Below are positions 42,044 through 54,988 of a stretch of DNA of 64,000 bases, one piece after another. The notes under the pieces were generated by a model. It saw only the letters and a program-made list of their open reading frames with translations. It made no database searches and was not told the DNA's origin. This DNA is from an uncultured delta proteobacterium (lineage in GTDB: Bacteria > Myxococcota > Myxococcia > Myxococcales > Myxococcaceae): the NCBI GenBank assembly GCA_963771175.1, contig CAVYSY010000058.1, positions 40,275 to 104,274 on the forward strand, read 5' to 3'. How positions within the stretch are numbered: the first letter of the stretch is position 1; each line of letters starts with the position of its first letter. Both the position numbers and the translations under genes were made by a program.

Positions 42044-43105
42044 TCAGCGCCCAGCCGGGAGGGTCTCACCGCGAACCACCCGCACCAGCGCGCCCGCGAT
42101 GTCATCGCCGTGGACGAGATGGTCCACCGCCTTGCGCGCCACCGCCGTGCCCGGCATCCCGAACACCACGCATGACTCCTCGTTCTGCGCGAGCGTCAGG
42201 CCTCCGGCCTGCTTGATGGCCAGCATGCCCTCCGCACCGTCCTCGCCCATGCCGGTGAGGATGAGCCCCATCGTGCGCCGCCCGTAGGCCTTGGCCGCGC
42301 TCTCCAGCAGCACCGTCCCCGAGGGCATGTGCCCATCGCGCTCCACGCCCGAGCGCAGCGCCACCCGCCCGCGGAAGGGGATGTGCATGTGCAGCCCCGG
42401 CGGGGCGATCAGCACGTTGCCCGGCAGGAGCTGCTCGCCGTCCTGCGCCAGCCGCACCTTCAGCTTGGACGAGTTGGCCAGCCAGCCCGCCAGGGAGTCG
42501 GCGAAGGCCGCGTTGATGTGCTGCACGATGACGATGGGCGTGGGGAAGTCCGCCGGCAGCTCGGACAGCATCCGGAAGAGGACCTGCGGGCCGCCCGTGG
42601 AGCTGGCCACCGCCAGCACTCCGTACGGCATCCCCATGGGCGCGGGCGTCACCACACCGCCCGCTCCCGGCAGCGGCGGCCGGCGCTTGCCGTGGATGTG
42701 CCGGATGACGCGCACCGAGGACAGCAGCTTCACCTCGCGCGACAGGTTCCACGCCTCCAGCCCGGCGTCGATGGAGGGCTTGATTTGAAGCGCCAGCGCA
42801 CCCAGCTCCAGCGCCCGACACGTCAGCTCCGGCGCCTGCTGCCGCGGATCCGCGGTGAGCATCAGGATGGGCGTCGGCACCTCGGCCATGATGTGCTCCA
42901 CGGCCGTGAGCCCGTCCATCACCGGCATCTCCACGTCCATGGTGATGACCTGTGGGCGCAACTCACGCGCGGCCTCGAGGGCCTCCTGACCGTTGTTGCA
43001 GGTCCCGACGACCTCCAGGTCCGGATCCCGACTCAACGCTTCGCAGATGAGTTGTCGGCAGATGTGCGAGTCGTCAACGACCAGCACCGACACTTTCTTG
43101 CCCAT
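42044..43105 (-). CDS. cheB: CheB methylesterase (CheB3-like)
   Basis: REC domain plus SSTGGP, VQH and LTGMGEDG. Confidence 0.95.
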   Translation of the reverse strand: MGKKVSVLVVDDSHICRQLICEALSRDPDLEVVGTCNNGQEALEAARELRPQVITMDVEMPVMDGLTAVEHIMAEVPTPILMLTADPRQQAPELTCRALELGALALQIKPSIDAGLEAWNLSREVKLLSSVRVIRHIHGKRRPPLPGAGGVVTPAPMGMPYGVLAVASSTGGPQVLFRMLSELPADFPTPIVIVQHINAAFADSLAGWLANSSKLKVRLAQDGEQLLPGNVLIAPPGLHMHIPFRGRVALRSGVERDGHMPSGTVLLESAAKAYGRRTMGLILTGMGEDGAEGMLAIKQAGGLTLAQNEESCVVFGMPGTAVARKAVDHLVHGDDIAGALVRVVRGETLPAGR

Positions 43106-43186
43106 GTGGCTTCCATACCCCGTGCGCGACCCCGCGGAGTATACCCGATGTGGCCGGGAGTCCTCGGGGTGTCCTTCACCAGCACG

Positions 43187-45643
43187 TCAGCCGAGGAGCC
43201 GGCCCACCACATCCACCAGATCCTGACGCACCAGGTCACCCTTGGTGATGTAGCCATCCGCGCCGGCCGCCAACCCACGCTGCCGGTCCTCCTCTCCTCC
43301 ACGCGTGGTGAGGATGACCACCGGGAGGACCTTGTGGGTGGGATGAGCCTTGAGCCGGCGGGTGAGCTCCAGCCCGTCCACCCGGGGCATCTCCAGGTCG
43401 CTGCAGACCAGGTCCACCTTGGTGTTGGCGAGCAGGTCCAGGGCCTCCATGCCATCGGCGGCCATGATGATGTCGTAACCCACGGCCTCCAGCAGCGAGC
43501 CGATGAGCTCCCGGGTGAGGGGGGAGTCATCCACCACCAGGATGCGGCGCCGGGGAGCGGGGGTGGGGGCGGGACGGGCGGTCGCCGCGCGCTGCGCCCG
43601 GAGGCCGGCCGCTCCCTGGGCACTGGCGATGAGATGGGCCGCGGACAGGACCATGGCCAGCCGGCCATCCGCCAGCGTGGTGGCTCCGGTGAGGTGCGGG
43701 AAGCGGGCCATCAACCCCTTCAGCGGGAGGATGGCCTGGACCCGCTCCTCGAGCACCCGGTCCACCGCCAGCGCGGCCACGGCGCCCTGGCTGCGCACCA
43801 CCAGCACCAGCGCCCCCTCGTCCGCCGCCTGGTCCGGGCTCAGCCCGAGCAGCGCCCCCAGCGAGGCGAAGGGCATGGGTTGGTCGTCCACCTCCAGCAC
43901 CGCCCGGCCGGCCACCTCCTTGAGCTGCGAGGCCTCGACCTTCAGCGCGCGCGAGACATGGACGGCGCTCAGGCAGAGCGTCTCCTCGGCCACCTTCACG
44001 AAGAGCAGCGGGGCCACCGTGAGGGACACCGGTACCCGCAGCTCGAAGCGCGTGCCCCGGCCCGGCGTGGACTCCACCAGCACATCGCCACCGAGCGCCC
44101 GCAGGGAGCTGCGCACCGCGTCCAGCCCCACGCCGCGCCCGGAGATGTCCGTGGCCACCTCGCGCGAGGTGAAACCGGAGAGGAAGATGAGCTCGCGCGC
44201 GCTCTGGTCCGACAGCACCGCCGCCGAGGCCTCGTCCATGAAGCCCTTGCGCACCGCGGCCCGGCGCAGCACCGCGGGCTCCAGCCCCACCCCGTCGTCC
44301 TCCACCCGCAGCACCAGCCGGTTGCCGTCGCGCGCCGCACCCAGCGTCAGCTTGCCGCGCGGGTGCTTGCCCGAGGCCACCCGGTCCACCCGTGACTCCA
44401 GCCCGTGGTCCAGCGCGTTGCGCACCAGGTGCAACAGCGGATCCCTCAGCGCCTCCACCACCGCCCGGTCGGCGCGGGTGTCCTCGCCGTCCACCACCAG
44501 CTCCACTTCCTTGCCCAGCTCGCGCGCCAGGTCGCGCACCATGCGCGGGTAGGGCTCGAAGAGCACGGAGAGCGGCAGCATGCGCAGGCGCTGCACCTCC
44601 TCGGCCACGTAGCCCAGGTCGCGCAGCTCCTCGTTGGCCAGCAGCTTCGCCTCGCGGTGGAGGGTGGCGGCCAGCTCCTTCGCCTTGCCGAGCCGCTCGG
44701 CCAGCATGGCGGCCGCCGGACCCAGGTCCTCCGCGGCCCGCGCCAGCAGGCTCAGCTCGCGGGCCAGCTCCAGGCGCCGGAGGGTAGCCAGCTCGCGGCG
44801 GCGCGACACCTGGGTGAGGTTCGTCACCGCGCTCGTCAGCAGATCCAGGCTCGCCACGCCGATGCGTACCGAGCCATCCGCGCGAGCGTCCGCCGAGCGC
44901 ACCGCGGGCACGGTCGTCGTCCGGGGCGGCGGCTCGGGGCTCGCCGGCGGCATCTTCCCGATGGTGGCCGCGGCCGTCGCGGTGGCATGCGCGCGCGGGG
45001 GCTCCACCGCCACGGTCCGTCCCACCGGCGGCAGGTGGGGCGTGTCCATCATCCGGGGCGGCACCACCAACGAGGGCGCCGGAATCCCGAGCGGAGCCGA
45101 GCCCCACGCGGGGGTGACCTCCTCGCTGTCCCGGAGCTCCTTCTCCCGGGAGTCCTTGCCCTTGACGTCCTTGCGTGCCGAGGCAATGGACGGGTCCACC
45201 CGCAGCGCGACGGAGTGGGCCGGGCCCTGAGTGGACGCGACCGCCCCCGGGAGGCTGGACACCTCCGTGCGGGTGCACTCGCGCAACCAGCGCACCAGCT
45301 TGTCCACCTCGGGAGGCGTCTGCTCGGGCTGGGAAGACGTGCCCGCCAGCACCAGCACCGCGTCCGCGGCCTGGAGCAGCATGTCGATGGAGCGCTCGGA
45401 CAGCGCGTGCTCGGCGCGCTCGGTGGAGCGCACCAGCTCCTCCATCTCGTGGACGACGGAGTTGATGTCGTCGAAGCCCATCATCCGGGCCTCGCCCTTG
45501 AGGCCATGCAGCTCGCGCAGCACGGTGCGCCCGGCCTCCAGGCTGGCCCCCGTCTCCAGCTCCATGATGCGGCGGTTGACGCGCTCCAGGCGCACCCCCA
45601 CCAGCTCACGGAACTGCTTGAGCAGCTTCTCGCGCGCGCTCAC
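43187..45643 (-). CDS. cheA: Hybrid CheA-REC histidine kinase (CheA3-like)
   Basis: LHGLKG Hpt, HLVRNALDHG, SGRGVGLD, CheW-like P5 and C-terminal REC. Confidence 0.95.
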   Translation of the reverse strand: MSAREKLLKQFRELVGVRLERVNRRIMELETGASLEAGRTVLRELHGLKGEARMMGFDDINSVVHEMEELVRSTERAEHALSERSIDMLLQAADAVLVLAGTSSQPEQTPPEVDKLVRWLRECTRTEVSSLPGAVASTQGPAHSVALRVDPSIASARKDVKGKDSREKELRDSEEVTPAWGSAPLGIPAPSLVVPPRMMDTPHLPPVGRTVAVEPPRAHATATAAATIGKMPPASPEPPPRTTTVPAVRSADARADGSVRIGVASLDLLTSAVTNLTQVSRRRELATLRRLELARELSLLARAAEDLGPAAAMLAERLGKAKELAATLHREAKLLANEELRDLGYVAEEVQRLRMLPLSVLFEPYPRMVRDLARELGKEVELVVDGEDTRADRAVVEALRDPLLHLVRNALDHGLESRVDRVASGKHPRGKLTLGAARDGNRLVLRVEDDGVGLEPAVLRRAAVRKGFMDEASAAVLSDQSARELIFLSGFTSREVATDISGRGVGLDAVRSSLRALGGDVLVESTPGRGTRFELRVPVSLTVAPLLFVKVAEETLCLSAVHVSRALKVEASQLKEVAGRAVLEVDDQPMPFASLGALLGLSPDQAADEGALVLVVRSQGAVAALAVDRVLEERVQAILPLKGLMARFPHLTGATTLADGRLAMVLSAAHLIASAQGAAGLRAQRAATARPAPTPAPRRRILVVDDSPLTRELIGSLLEAVGYDIIMAADGMEALDLLANTKVDLVCSDLEMPRVDGLELTRRLKAHPTHKVLPVVILTTRGGEEDRQRGLAAGADGYITKGDLVRQDLVDVVGRLLG

Positions 45644-47469
45644 CCACCACCCCCGGGCGTACCCCCAGGCGTCGACGAGTCGATCTGGAAGCGCTCCACC
45701 ACGCCCCGCAAGTCCCTCGCCAGCGAGGACAGGTCTCCATTGGCGCTGATGACCTGCTTGGTGGCGTTGTGGCTCTGCTGGGTGATGCGGAGGATGTCCG
45801 CCATCGCCTCGGCCAGCAGGTCCGTGCCGCCCTGCTGCTGCTGGGTGGCCAACGAGATGGCCCGCACCGCGTCCGAGGTGCGCCCGGCCAGCTCGACGAT
45901 CTGCCGCAGCGACTCGGAGACCTGCTGCGCCAGCGTGGTGCCCGTCTCGGTGGCGCGCACGCCGCCCTCGGTCGCCATCACCGCCGCGCCCGAGGCGTCC
46001 TGCACCTCCTCGATGAGCCCTTCAATCTCCTTGGTGGACTCGATGACGTTCTCCGCCAGCCGGCGCATCTCCGCCGCCACCAGTGAGAAGCCCTGCCCCA
46101 CCTCGCCCGCCTTGGTGCCCTCCAGCTCGGCGTTGAGCGCCAACAGGTCCGACTTGTCGGCCACCCCGTTGATGAACTCGACGATTTTACCGATCTGCTG
46201 CACCCGCTTGTTCAACCGGGCCACCGCCGCGGCGATGGCCTGGTTGTCGTGGCGCATGCGGTTCATCGTCTCGAGGAAGGCCTCGGCGCTGGCCTGACCG
46301 CCCTTGGCCGCAGCGAGCGTCTGTGGGCGATCTCCGCCACCGAGCCCGCATTCTCGGCGATCTGCCGCGCCGAGCGCGCCAGCTCCTCGGTGGTGGCACT
46401 CGTCTCGTCCAGCGAGCTGGCCTGCTCGGCGGCGCCCGCCTCGTAGCGGGTGGAGGTGAAGAGAATCTCCTCGGTGGTGGAGCCGATGCGCGAGCCGGCG
46501 CGCTGCAACTGCGCCAGCACGTCCGCCAGGTGGGCCCGCATGGTGGAGAAGGCGGCGGAGACGGACCACACCTCATCCTCGGCGGGGATGATGCGCGGGC
46601 GGCTCATGTCGCCCTCGGCGATGCGGTGGGCCTCCTCGGCCGAGCTGGCGCATGGGACGGCCGAGAATCGTCCCCCCCAGGTAGGCGGCGGCCATGGCCA
46701 CTCCGAAGATGAGCAGGCACAGCGCCCCACCGGACCTGAGGGCCTCGAAGCGCAGCATGTCCACCAGTTCCGCCTGCCGCTCCGGGCTGGTCTCCATCAG
46801 CCGCTCGAAGGCCCGGTCCGCCAGCGCCACGGAGACGTCCCAGATGAGCGCCGCCGGCGTCACCACGACGATGGCGGTGAAGATGACCAGCCGCGGGCGG
46901 ATCTGCGAGCGCCGGGGCGCCGCGGCGATGGCCTGCACCGGCGTGAGCCCCAGGGAGCCCATGTCCAGCGCCACGGCTCGGGCCCTCATCGTGATGAGGC
47001 CGTACGTCAGCAGCGCGGAGAGCGGACCGAAGAGCAGCCCCGGCCAGACCATCCGCAGCGCCAGGAGAAGACTCATGGAGGGGCTCGCCACCCACATCGC
47101 CACGTTGCCGAGGACGGAGGCGACAATCCACAGCACGAGCGTGGAGTAGAAGGCGAAGTCCGCGAGGAGGTGGACCTCCATCACCGCCTGCCCGAGCCGC
47201 TCGGGCTCGACGGGCCCTGCCGCGGCCTCCAAGCCCCGCAGCACGCGCAGCCGGCGCAGGCAGAGGACGACCTCCACCGCCAAGGCCAGGAGGGAGAACA
47301 CCCCCATGAGCAGGAGGAACAGCGGGAAGCTCTCGCCGAGCTGCTCGCCGAGGGTGAGCTGCCCGTAGCGCCCCGCCAGGAGGACGGTGGTCAGGTTGGC
47401 GTAGAGGAGCGGCAGCAACAAGCGGCGGCTGTAGGGACGCCGGGTCCGGAGGATGCGCAGGCTCGACAT
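45640..47469 (-). CDS. Methyl-accepting chemotaxis protein (Mcp3B-like); frameshifts near 46650 and 46320
   Basis: TM region MSSLRILRT...; KSDLLALNAELEGTKAGEVGQGFSLVAAEMRRL. Confidence 0.9.
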
Positions 47470-49270
47470 CAACCCTCCCTCTCCGCCACGCAGAAGCGCT
47501 GCACGGTGCCCTTCAGGTCCCTCGCCAGCGCGGCCAGGTCCGAGTTGGCGGCCACCATCTGCTGGGTGGCCTCGGCGTTCTCCTCGGTGACGCGCAGGAT
47601 GTCGCCCATGGCCGCGGCGAGCTGATCGGTGCCCGTCTGCTGCTGCTGGGTGGCCAGCGGAGATGGAGCGCACCGCGTGCGACGTCTGCCGCGCCAACTC
47701 GAGGATGAGGCCCAGGCTCTGGTCCACCTGCTCGGCCAGCGAGGCCCCGCGCTCCGTCGTCTTCAGACCCGCCTCCGTCGCCATCACCGCCGCCTGGGTG
47801 GCGTCACGGATTTCGTCGATGAGCCGTTCAATCGCCAGCGTGGAGGACAGCACGTTCTCCGCCAGCCGCCGCATCTCCGCGGCCACCAGCGAGAAGCCCC
47901 GGCCCAGGCTCGCCCGCCTTGGTGCCCTCCAGCTCGGCGTTGAGGGCCAGCAGGTCCGACTTGTCGGCGATCTCGTTGATGAACTCCACCACCTTGCCGA
48001 TCTGCTGCACCCGCTTGTTGAGCCGCACCACCGCGTCGGCGATGGCCTGGTTGTCCTCGCTTCATGCGGTGCATGGCCGCGAGGAAGGCCGCCGCGCTGC
48101 TGCTGCCCACTCTGCGCCGCCGCCAAGGTCGTCTCCGCCATGGCCGACACGGACCTCGGCGTTCACGGCGATCTGCTGGGCCGAGCGCGCCAGCTCCTCG
48201 GTGGTGGCGCGCGTCTCGTTGAGCGAGATGGCCTGCTCCCCCGCCCCGCTCTCCTGGTCCGCCGAGGTGGCCACCAGTTGCTCGGTGGTGGAGGAGATTT
48301 GCAGCCCCGCGCGCTGCAACTGCACGAGCGCCTGGGCGAGCTGCGCCTGCATGCGGGTGAAGGCGGCGGAGACGGCCCACACCTCGTCCTCCGCGGGGAT
48401 GAAGCGAGGGGTGCGCACCTCGCCCTGGGCGATGCGCGTGGCGTCCTCCGAGAGGGCGCGCAGGGGCTCGGCGAGCGCCGTGCCGGCCACGTACGCCGTG
48501 CCGAGCACCAGCAGCACCACCAGCCCGGCGAGCCCTCCCAGCGGCAACCCGGTGGCCCGGCGCGCCCGGTGCACCACCTCCCGCTGCACCTTCGGATCCT
48601 TCGTCTGGAGGATCTGATCGAACGTGCTCACGGTGCGGGTCACCGACACGTCGAGGATGAAGACGGACGGGCTGAGCACCGCCAGGGCGGTGAACAGCAC
48701 CAGTCGCCGCCTCAGCCGCAGCTTCTCGGGAGGAATGGCGGCGATGACTTCCTGCGGGGACAGCCCCTGCGCGGCGATGCGCTCGGCGGTCCGGCGGCTG
48801 CGGCGCACCACCATCAGGTAGACGAGCATCGCGGACAGCGGCCCGAGCGACAGGCCCACCAGCCCGATGCGGAACCCCATGGTCCAGTGGGCGTCCGCCA
48901 GGGGGGTGAACGTCACCGCCAGCAGCAGCGTGCCGCCGAACCAGCCCTGGAGGGTGAACCAGAAGCAGCGTCCGGGAATGCGACGCACCTCCTGCAATGC
49001 CCGGCGCAGGTTGTCCGGCGTGGAGGGCAGCCGCCCGAACTCCAGCGCCCGCAGCACGCGCAGCGCGTGGCGCGCCTGGGCGCCGGACAGGGCGGCGTTC
49101 ATCCCCAGCACCAGCACCATCAGCCCGAGAAAGAGCCAGCCACTGCCCGCGGGCTGCGCGTGGGTGAGCTGGCCATACAACACCGCCAGCACCAACCCCA
49201 ACGCGCTCCCCAACCAGGACGGACGCGTGGTCCAGACCGACAAGCCCTTCAGCCCCTCCCGTGCGCTCAA
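47469..49270 (-). CDS. Methyl-accepting chemotaxis protein (Mcp3A-like); frameshifts 47650-48150
   Basis: Multi-TM N-terminus, AEDEVWAVS HAMP, KSDLLALNAELEG; TTG start overlaps upstream stop. Confidence 0.88.
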
Positions 49271-49644
49271 GCGGCCTCCTGGGACGAGGGCGCCAGGAAG
49301 CGCCCGAACTCGACCAACGACATCAGGGGCCACAACGCCCCTCGTGCCTGGACGAAGCCGCGCAGACTGCCGCCCGCGATGTGGCGCAGCAGCGCCGGCG
49401 CCGGCAGCAGGGTGAGCGACTCGGCGTCGATCTCCAGCGCGTCCACGCCCACCGCCTCACCGGTGGCGGCCACGAGGATGCGCTCGGCCCCGGAACTCTC
49501 GCCGAAGCCCGCGCGCGCCGAGCCGGCCGTTCCGCCGAAGGTGCTGGGGGACTCGATGGTGGCCACCTCGTGCGCGGCGAACGCCACGCGCTCGGCCCCC
49601 GCCTGGCAGAGGAGCATGCCCGCGATACGACTGCCCGTGAGCAT
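49267..49644 (-). CDS. Degenerate CheW-like protein of the Che3-type cluster
   Basis: AVGVDAL, LRGFVQARGALWPLMSL; operon position. Confidence 0.7.
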   Translation of the reverse strand: MLTGSRIAGMLLCQAGAERVAFAAHEVATIESPSTFGGTAGSARAGFGESSGAERILVAATGEAVGVDALEIDAESLTLLPAPALLRHIAGGSLRGFVQARGALWPLMSLVEFGRFLAPSSQEAA

Positions 49645-49647
49645 CTC

Positions 49648-50082
49648 TCAGCTTCCCTGGCTGAGGTGATCGAACAGGCCCTCGGGGTCGATGACCGCCA
49701 CGTCGCGCTGGGCGCTACGGGCGGGCCCTCGCAGGTGGAGGTGGACTCCGCTCGCGCCCAGGGGCTCCAGGCGACCATCCACCTGAGAGACTCCGGCCAC
49801 CCGGCTGGCCGTGAGGGCCAGGGTGCCGCGAGCCAGCCGCACCAGCACCGCCCGGCGGGTGGGCTCGCTCTCCCCGGATACGAGAATCCCCATGTCCACC
49901 ACCGGGATGACTTCGCCCCGGTGGGCGAAGACTCCCAGCAGATGCCCGGGGGCACCGGGCACTCGCGTCAGCTCGGGAAAGCTGACGACTTCCGCCGCGC
50001 ACTCAGCAGGCACGGCGTACCAGCTGCTACCGCAGGCGAACACGAGGTAGGACTGCCGCGTTTCGGTCTCTGTCGAGGCCAT
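49648..50082 (-). CDS. cheW: CheW coupling protein
   Basis: LTRVPGAPGHLLGVFAHRGEVIPVVD. Confidence 0.9.
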   Translation of the reverse strand: MASTETETRQSYLVFACGSSWYAVPAECAAEVVSFPELTRVPGAPGHLLGVFAHRGEVIPVVDMGILVSGESEPTRRAVLVRLARGTLALTASRVAGVSQVDGRLEPLGASGVHLHLRGPARSAQRDVAVIDPEGLFDHLSQGS

Positions 50083-50110
50083 CAGGGTGCGCAGCCTACC
50101 TCAAGGAACG

Positions 50111-50860
50111 CTAGCGTACGAACTCGACGCGACGGTTGGCTGCCCAGGCCTCTTCGCTGGAGAGGTTCTCGGTCGGCCGGTTCTCCCCGTAACCCACCGT
50201 CTTCATCCGGTTGGCCGGCACGCCCAGGTCCACCAGGTACTTCTTCACCGAGGCGGCGCGCTTCTGGGAGAGCTGGAGGTTGTACTCCTCGGTCCCCCGC
50301 TCGTCCGCATGCCCGGCGAGCTCGACGGCGCCCGTGGCACCCGTCTTGAGGCACTCGGCCAGCTCGCCCAGGCGAGACTGGGCCTCGGGGGAGAGGGAGG
50401 CCTCGTTGAAGCCGAAGCGCAGCGGCTCCCAGTTGCACTCGGCCTTCTGGGCGGCCACGCACCGGTTGGCCTGGCACTCCTGGCCCTCGGCGCAGTCGGT
50501 GTTGGAGGCGCAGGCGCCCGGCGGCGTCACGCAGCGGCCCTTCTGGCACTCCTGGATGCCACCGCACTGCTCCTTGCCGGTGCACTGCGGCTCGGCGCAC
50601 TTGCCGGCCTCGCAGATCTTCCCGGGGCACTGCTCATCACGCGAGCACTCGGGGCCCTTGGGCACGCACTTGCTCTCCTGGCACGCGAAGCCCTCCTTGC
50701 AGTTGGCGTCGGTGGCACACTCCTGACACTGGCCGCTGACGCACACCTCGCCCTTCTCCTGGCAGGTCTCGTCGCTCTTGCAGTTGGGGTAGGTGGGCGG
50801 GCAGCCCGCCAGCACCGTCACGGCAAGGGCAAGCCCTGCGACCATCGAAATCCGACGCAT
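50111..50860 (-). CDS. crdB: Cys-rich OmpA-domain lipoprotein (CrdB-like)
   Basis: Lipobox LAG-C, Cys-rich repeats, GHADERG..YNLQLSQKRA and NRRVEF; first gene of Che3-type operon. Confidence 0.85.
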   Translation of the reverse strand: MRRISMVAGLALAVTVLAGCPPTYPNCKSDETCQEKGEVCVSGQCQECATDANCKEGFACQESKCVPKGPECSRDEQCPGKICEAGKCAEPQCTGKEQCGGIQECQKGRCVTPPGACASNTDCAEGQECQANRCVAAQKAECNWEPLRFGFNEASLSPEAQSRLGELAECLKTGATGAVELAGHADERGTEEYNLQLSQKRAASVKKYLVDLGVPANRMKTVGYGENRPTENLSSEEAWAANRRVEFVR

Positions 50861-51060
50861 TCTTCCTCCAAAAAGTGACGACCCACGGACGGGTCAACCC
50901 GCCCGCGTCTAGCCCGCTCTGGAACGTCGAGTCAAAGTCTTTTGTCCCTGTCGGAAGGTTGCACCCCAAGCCACTCGGGGCCCGAGAAACCCTTGATAGG
51001 ACGAAGAATTTCCGAGACGCGGCGCCCGGGACAGGGCCTCCGCCAGGGCCCACCCGCGAC

Positions 51061-51141
51061 GCGTCGGTGCCTCACTTCTGGACGTCCAGAAGTGGAATGT
51101 AGGACACCGACGCACCTTGCTTCTGGACGTCCAGAAGTGGA
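51061..51141. repeat. Tandem REP-like palindromes CTTCTGGACGTCCAGAAG
   Basis: 22-bp perfect palindrome 51073-51094 nested in GCGTCGGTG/CACCGACGC arms; second 18-bp copy at 51120-51137. Confidence 0.85.
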
Positions 51142-51183
51142 GGTCCCCCGACAGCCCTCATGCGGGGCTAAGGTGCGCCCAAC

Positions 51184-52687
<1,504 letters not shown>

Positions 52688-52859
52688 GGAATACCCTAGA
52701 GCATTTCCCCGAGCCCTCCGCACCTTCTGCGCCCGGCCGCACGCTCGCATGCAGGATTTGCGGGCGACTGGGAACGCCCGACATGGCACCCCCTCGCACG
52801 CTTGCTGCATCCCGACGGCGGCGTTCCCAGATCGACCGTAATCGCCGAGGGGTCCCCAC

Positions 52860-53825
52860 ATGCTTTCGGTTCGCCACTTCCGACCTGCCCGACTGGCGCG
52901 GTCCTCGGGGAATGCCCGCCGCCGCCTGGGCGAGCTGACACCCGGAGATCGGGTGCTGCTCGACACCTGGCTGGCGGAGGTGAGGCGCCATCCCCTGCTG
53001 TCCCGAGAGGAGGAGGGCGCGCTCGCCCGGCGCCTGCGCGAACGCGGCGACCCAAAGGCCCGCTCCCGGCTGGTGGCCTCGAACCTGCGGCTGGTCGTGA
53101 AGCTGGCATGCGAGCACCACCGCCCGCCCCTCCTCCTGATGGACCTCATCCAGGAGGGCAACCTCGGCCTCGTGCTCGCCGTGGAGCGCTTCGAGCCGGA
53201 GCGCGGCGTGCGGCTGTCCACCTATGCGGCATGGTGGATCCGCGCCTACCTGCTGCGCTTCATCCTGGAGAACTGGCGGCTGGTGAAGCTGGGGACCACG
53301 GACGTGCAGCGGAAGCTGTTCTTCCGGATGAGGCAGGAGGAGGGCCGCCTGCTCGCCTCGGGCCAGGAGGTGACACCGCGGCTGCTCGCCGCGAGCCTGG
53401 GCGTCCCCGAGGAGGAGGTCGTCGAGATGGATCAGCGGCTGCGCCAGGACGAGGTCCGGCTCGATGCGCCCTCCGATGACGAGCAGGGCCGACCCGTCCC
53501 AACGCGCGCGGTTCCCTCGGGGACCCCCGCCGTGGACGAGGAGCTCGGCCGGCGGGAGCTCACGCACTGGTTCCAGGAGAAGCTCCACACGTTCGCCAGT
53601 GGGCTGCACGACGAGCGCGAGCGCTACATCCTGGAGCACCGCCTGCTGGCCGAGGAGCCGGAGACGCTGCGGACCATCGGCGAGCACTTCCACGTCAGCC
53701 GCGAGCGAGCCCGCCAGGTGGAAGCGGGGCTGCTCGAGAACATCCGCGAGTACCTGCACGAGCGGATGCCGGACTTCGCGTGGATGCACCCTGCCCCCAC
53801 GGCCGCGCTATCGGCTCCGAGCTGA
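52860..53825 (+). CDS. RNA polymerase sigma factor, RpoH-like myxobacterial SigB/C/E group
   Basis: NLRLVVK, DLIQEGNLGL, YAAWWIRA, RpoH box QRKLFF and VSRERARQ. Confidence 0.92.
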   Translation: MLSVRHFRPARLARSSGNARRRLGELTPGDRVLLDTWLAEVRRHPLLSREEEGALARRLRERGDPKARSRLVASNLRLVVKLACEHHRPPLLLMDLIQEGNLGLVLAVERFEPERGVRLSTYAAWWIRAYLLRFILENWRLVKLGTTDVQRKLFFRMRQEEGRLLASGQEVTPRLLAASLGVPEEEVVEMDQRLRQDEVRLDAPSDDEQGRPVPTRAVPSGTPAVDEELGRRELTHWFQEKLHTFASGLHDERERYILEHRLLAEEPETLRTIGEHFHVSRERARQVEAGLLENIREYLHERMPDFAWMHPAPTAALSAPS

Positions 53826-53847
53826 GCACGAGACACCCGACACGGCG

Positions 53848-53863
53848 CGGCAGGGCAATTGCA
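53848..53863 (+). promoter_or_regulatory. Candidate sigma-54 (-24/-12) promoter
   Basis: CGGCAGGGCAATTGCA has GG-N10-GC spacing with TTGCA, about 50 bp before the CBS gene. Confidence 0.5.
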
Positions 53864-53915
53864 GAGGAACACCCGAGAACCCACGGGGGCGCAAGTCGTC
53901 CCGAGGAGAAGTCAG

Positions 53916-54335
53916 ATGCGGATCGGCGAGCTGATGACGAAGAGCCTGGAGACCATCGAGGCGGATGCGACGCTGCGCGTGGCGGCCGAGCGGATGCGCG
54001 CGTTCGGCATCGGGGCGCTGCCGGTGATGGATGGAGACCAGCTCGTGGGAATGCTGACGGACCGGGACATCACCGTGCGCGCGACGGCGGCGGGCAAGGA
54101 CCCGAACCAGACGCCGGTGCGCGAGGTGATGACCCATTCCGTCATCACCTGCGATGCGGGAGCCCCCATCACCGAGGCCGAGCACCTGATGGAAGAGAAG
54201 GCGGTGCGGCGTCTGGTGGTGCTCGACGCGTACAAGAAGCCGGTGGGCATCATCAGCCTGGACGACCTGGCCACGGTGCCGGGTGAGGCGAAGCACACGG
54301 GCGAGGTGCTCCGCGAGCTCAACACCCCGCAGTAG
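53916..54335 (+). CDS. Stand-alone CBS-domain pair protein
   Basis: IGALPV, GMLTDRDI and GIISLDDL. Confidence 0.9.
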   Translation: MRIGELMTKSLETIEADATLRVAAERMRAFGIGALPVMDGDQLVGMLTDRDITVRATAAGKDPNQTPVREVMTHSVITCDAGAPITEAEHLMEEKAVRRLVVLDAYKKPVGIISLDDLATVPGEAKHTGEVLRELNTPQ

Positions 54336-54870
54336 GCGGGGCACCGTCGGACGAGAAGGGATGGGCGGCGAACCACTCGAAGAGCGAGAGGGTGGCGCCG
54401 CTCAGCCGTTCCAGGGTGTCCTCCATGGAGTCCTGGTTGCCCCAGATGATGTCCCCATCTCCGTGCTGGTCGAGCAGCCCGCGAATGAAGTGGCACCAGT
54501 TGCCCGTGCCCTGGCTCAGGTAGAAGCCGTACGTCCGGCAGGCCATGGGCCGGTGCTCGTACACCCGGCAGCCGCCGGACTCGCGCTCGAGGAACGGGCA
54601 GGTGTAGGGCCGCTGCGTCCCCTGCAGCTCCGCCGCGCGCGCCCGGACCTCCGCCTGGGCCTCTGGAGGCAGGGCCAGGAAGCCCTCCCAGAGGTACGTC
54701 CACTCGAGCCGGGTGACGGTCAGCGGTGCCGCCAGATGGCGACAGCAGTGGTCGCAGCCCTTGCGGCAGGGCCACCACGTGTGACTCCCGGCGATGGACG
54801 ACACCCGCTCATCGATGCGCTGGTAGAGGGCCTCCAGCGCCTTCCGTTGCTCCTCGGTGAGTGACTCCAT
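54319..54870 (-). CDS. YkgJ family cysteine-cluster protein
   Basis: CRKGCDHCC, CPFL and CRVYEHRPMACRTY. Confidence 0.88.
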   Translation of the reverse strand: MESLTEEQRKALEALYQRIDERVSSIAGSHTWWPCRKGCDHCCRHLAAPLTVTRLEWTYLWEGFLALPPEAQAEVRARAAELQGTQRPYTCPFLERESGGCRVYEHRPMACRTYGFYLSQGTGNWCHFIRGLLDQHGDGDIIWGNQDSMEDTLERLSGATLSLFEWFAAHPFSSDGAPPTAGC

Positions 54871-54988
54871 GGGAAAGGCATCTTGCCGCAGGAGGAGGTT
54901 CTGGTGGGCGCACCAATGAAGACGCCCGGGAACCATGGGGCTCCCGGGCGTCCGGACTTCAGGGCTTCAGCGCTGCTTCAGAGGAAGG

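Noticed and set aside
51073..51141. CRISPR array
   Set aside because: Only two palindrome copies, no further spacers and no cas genes.
52783..52797. Sigma-54 promoter TGGCAC...CGCA upstream of the sigma factor
   Set aside because: GG to GC spacing is 9 rather than the strict 10 nt.
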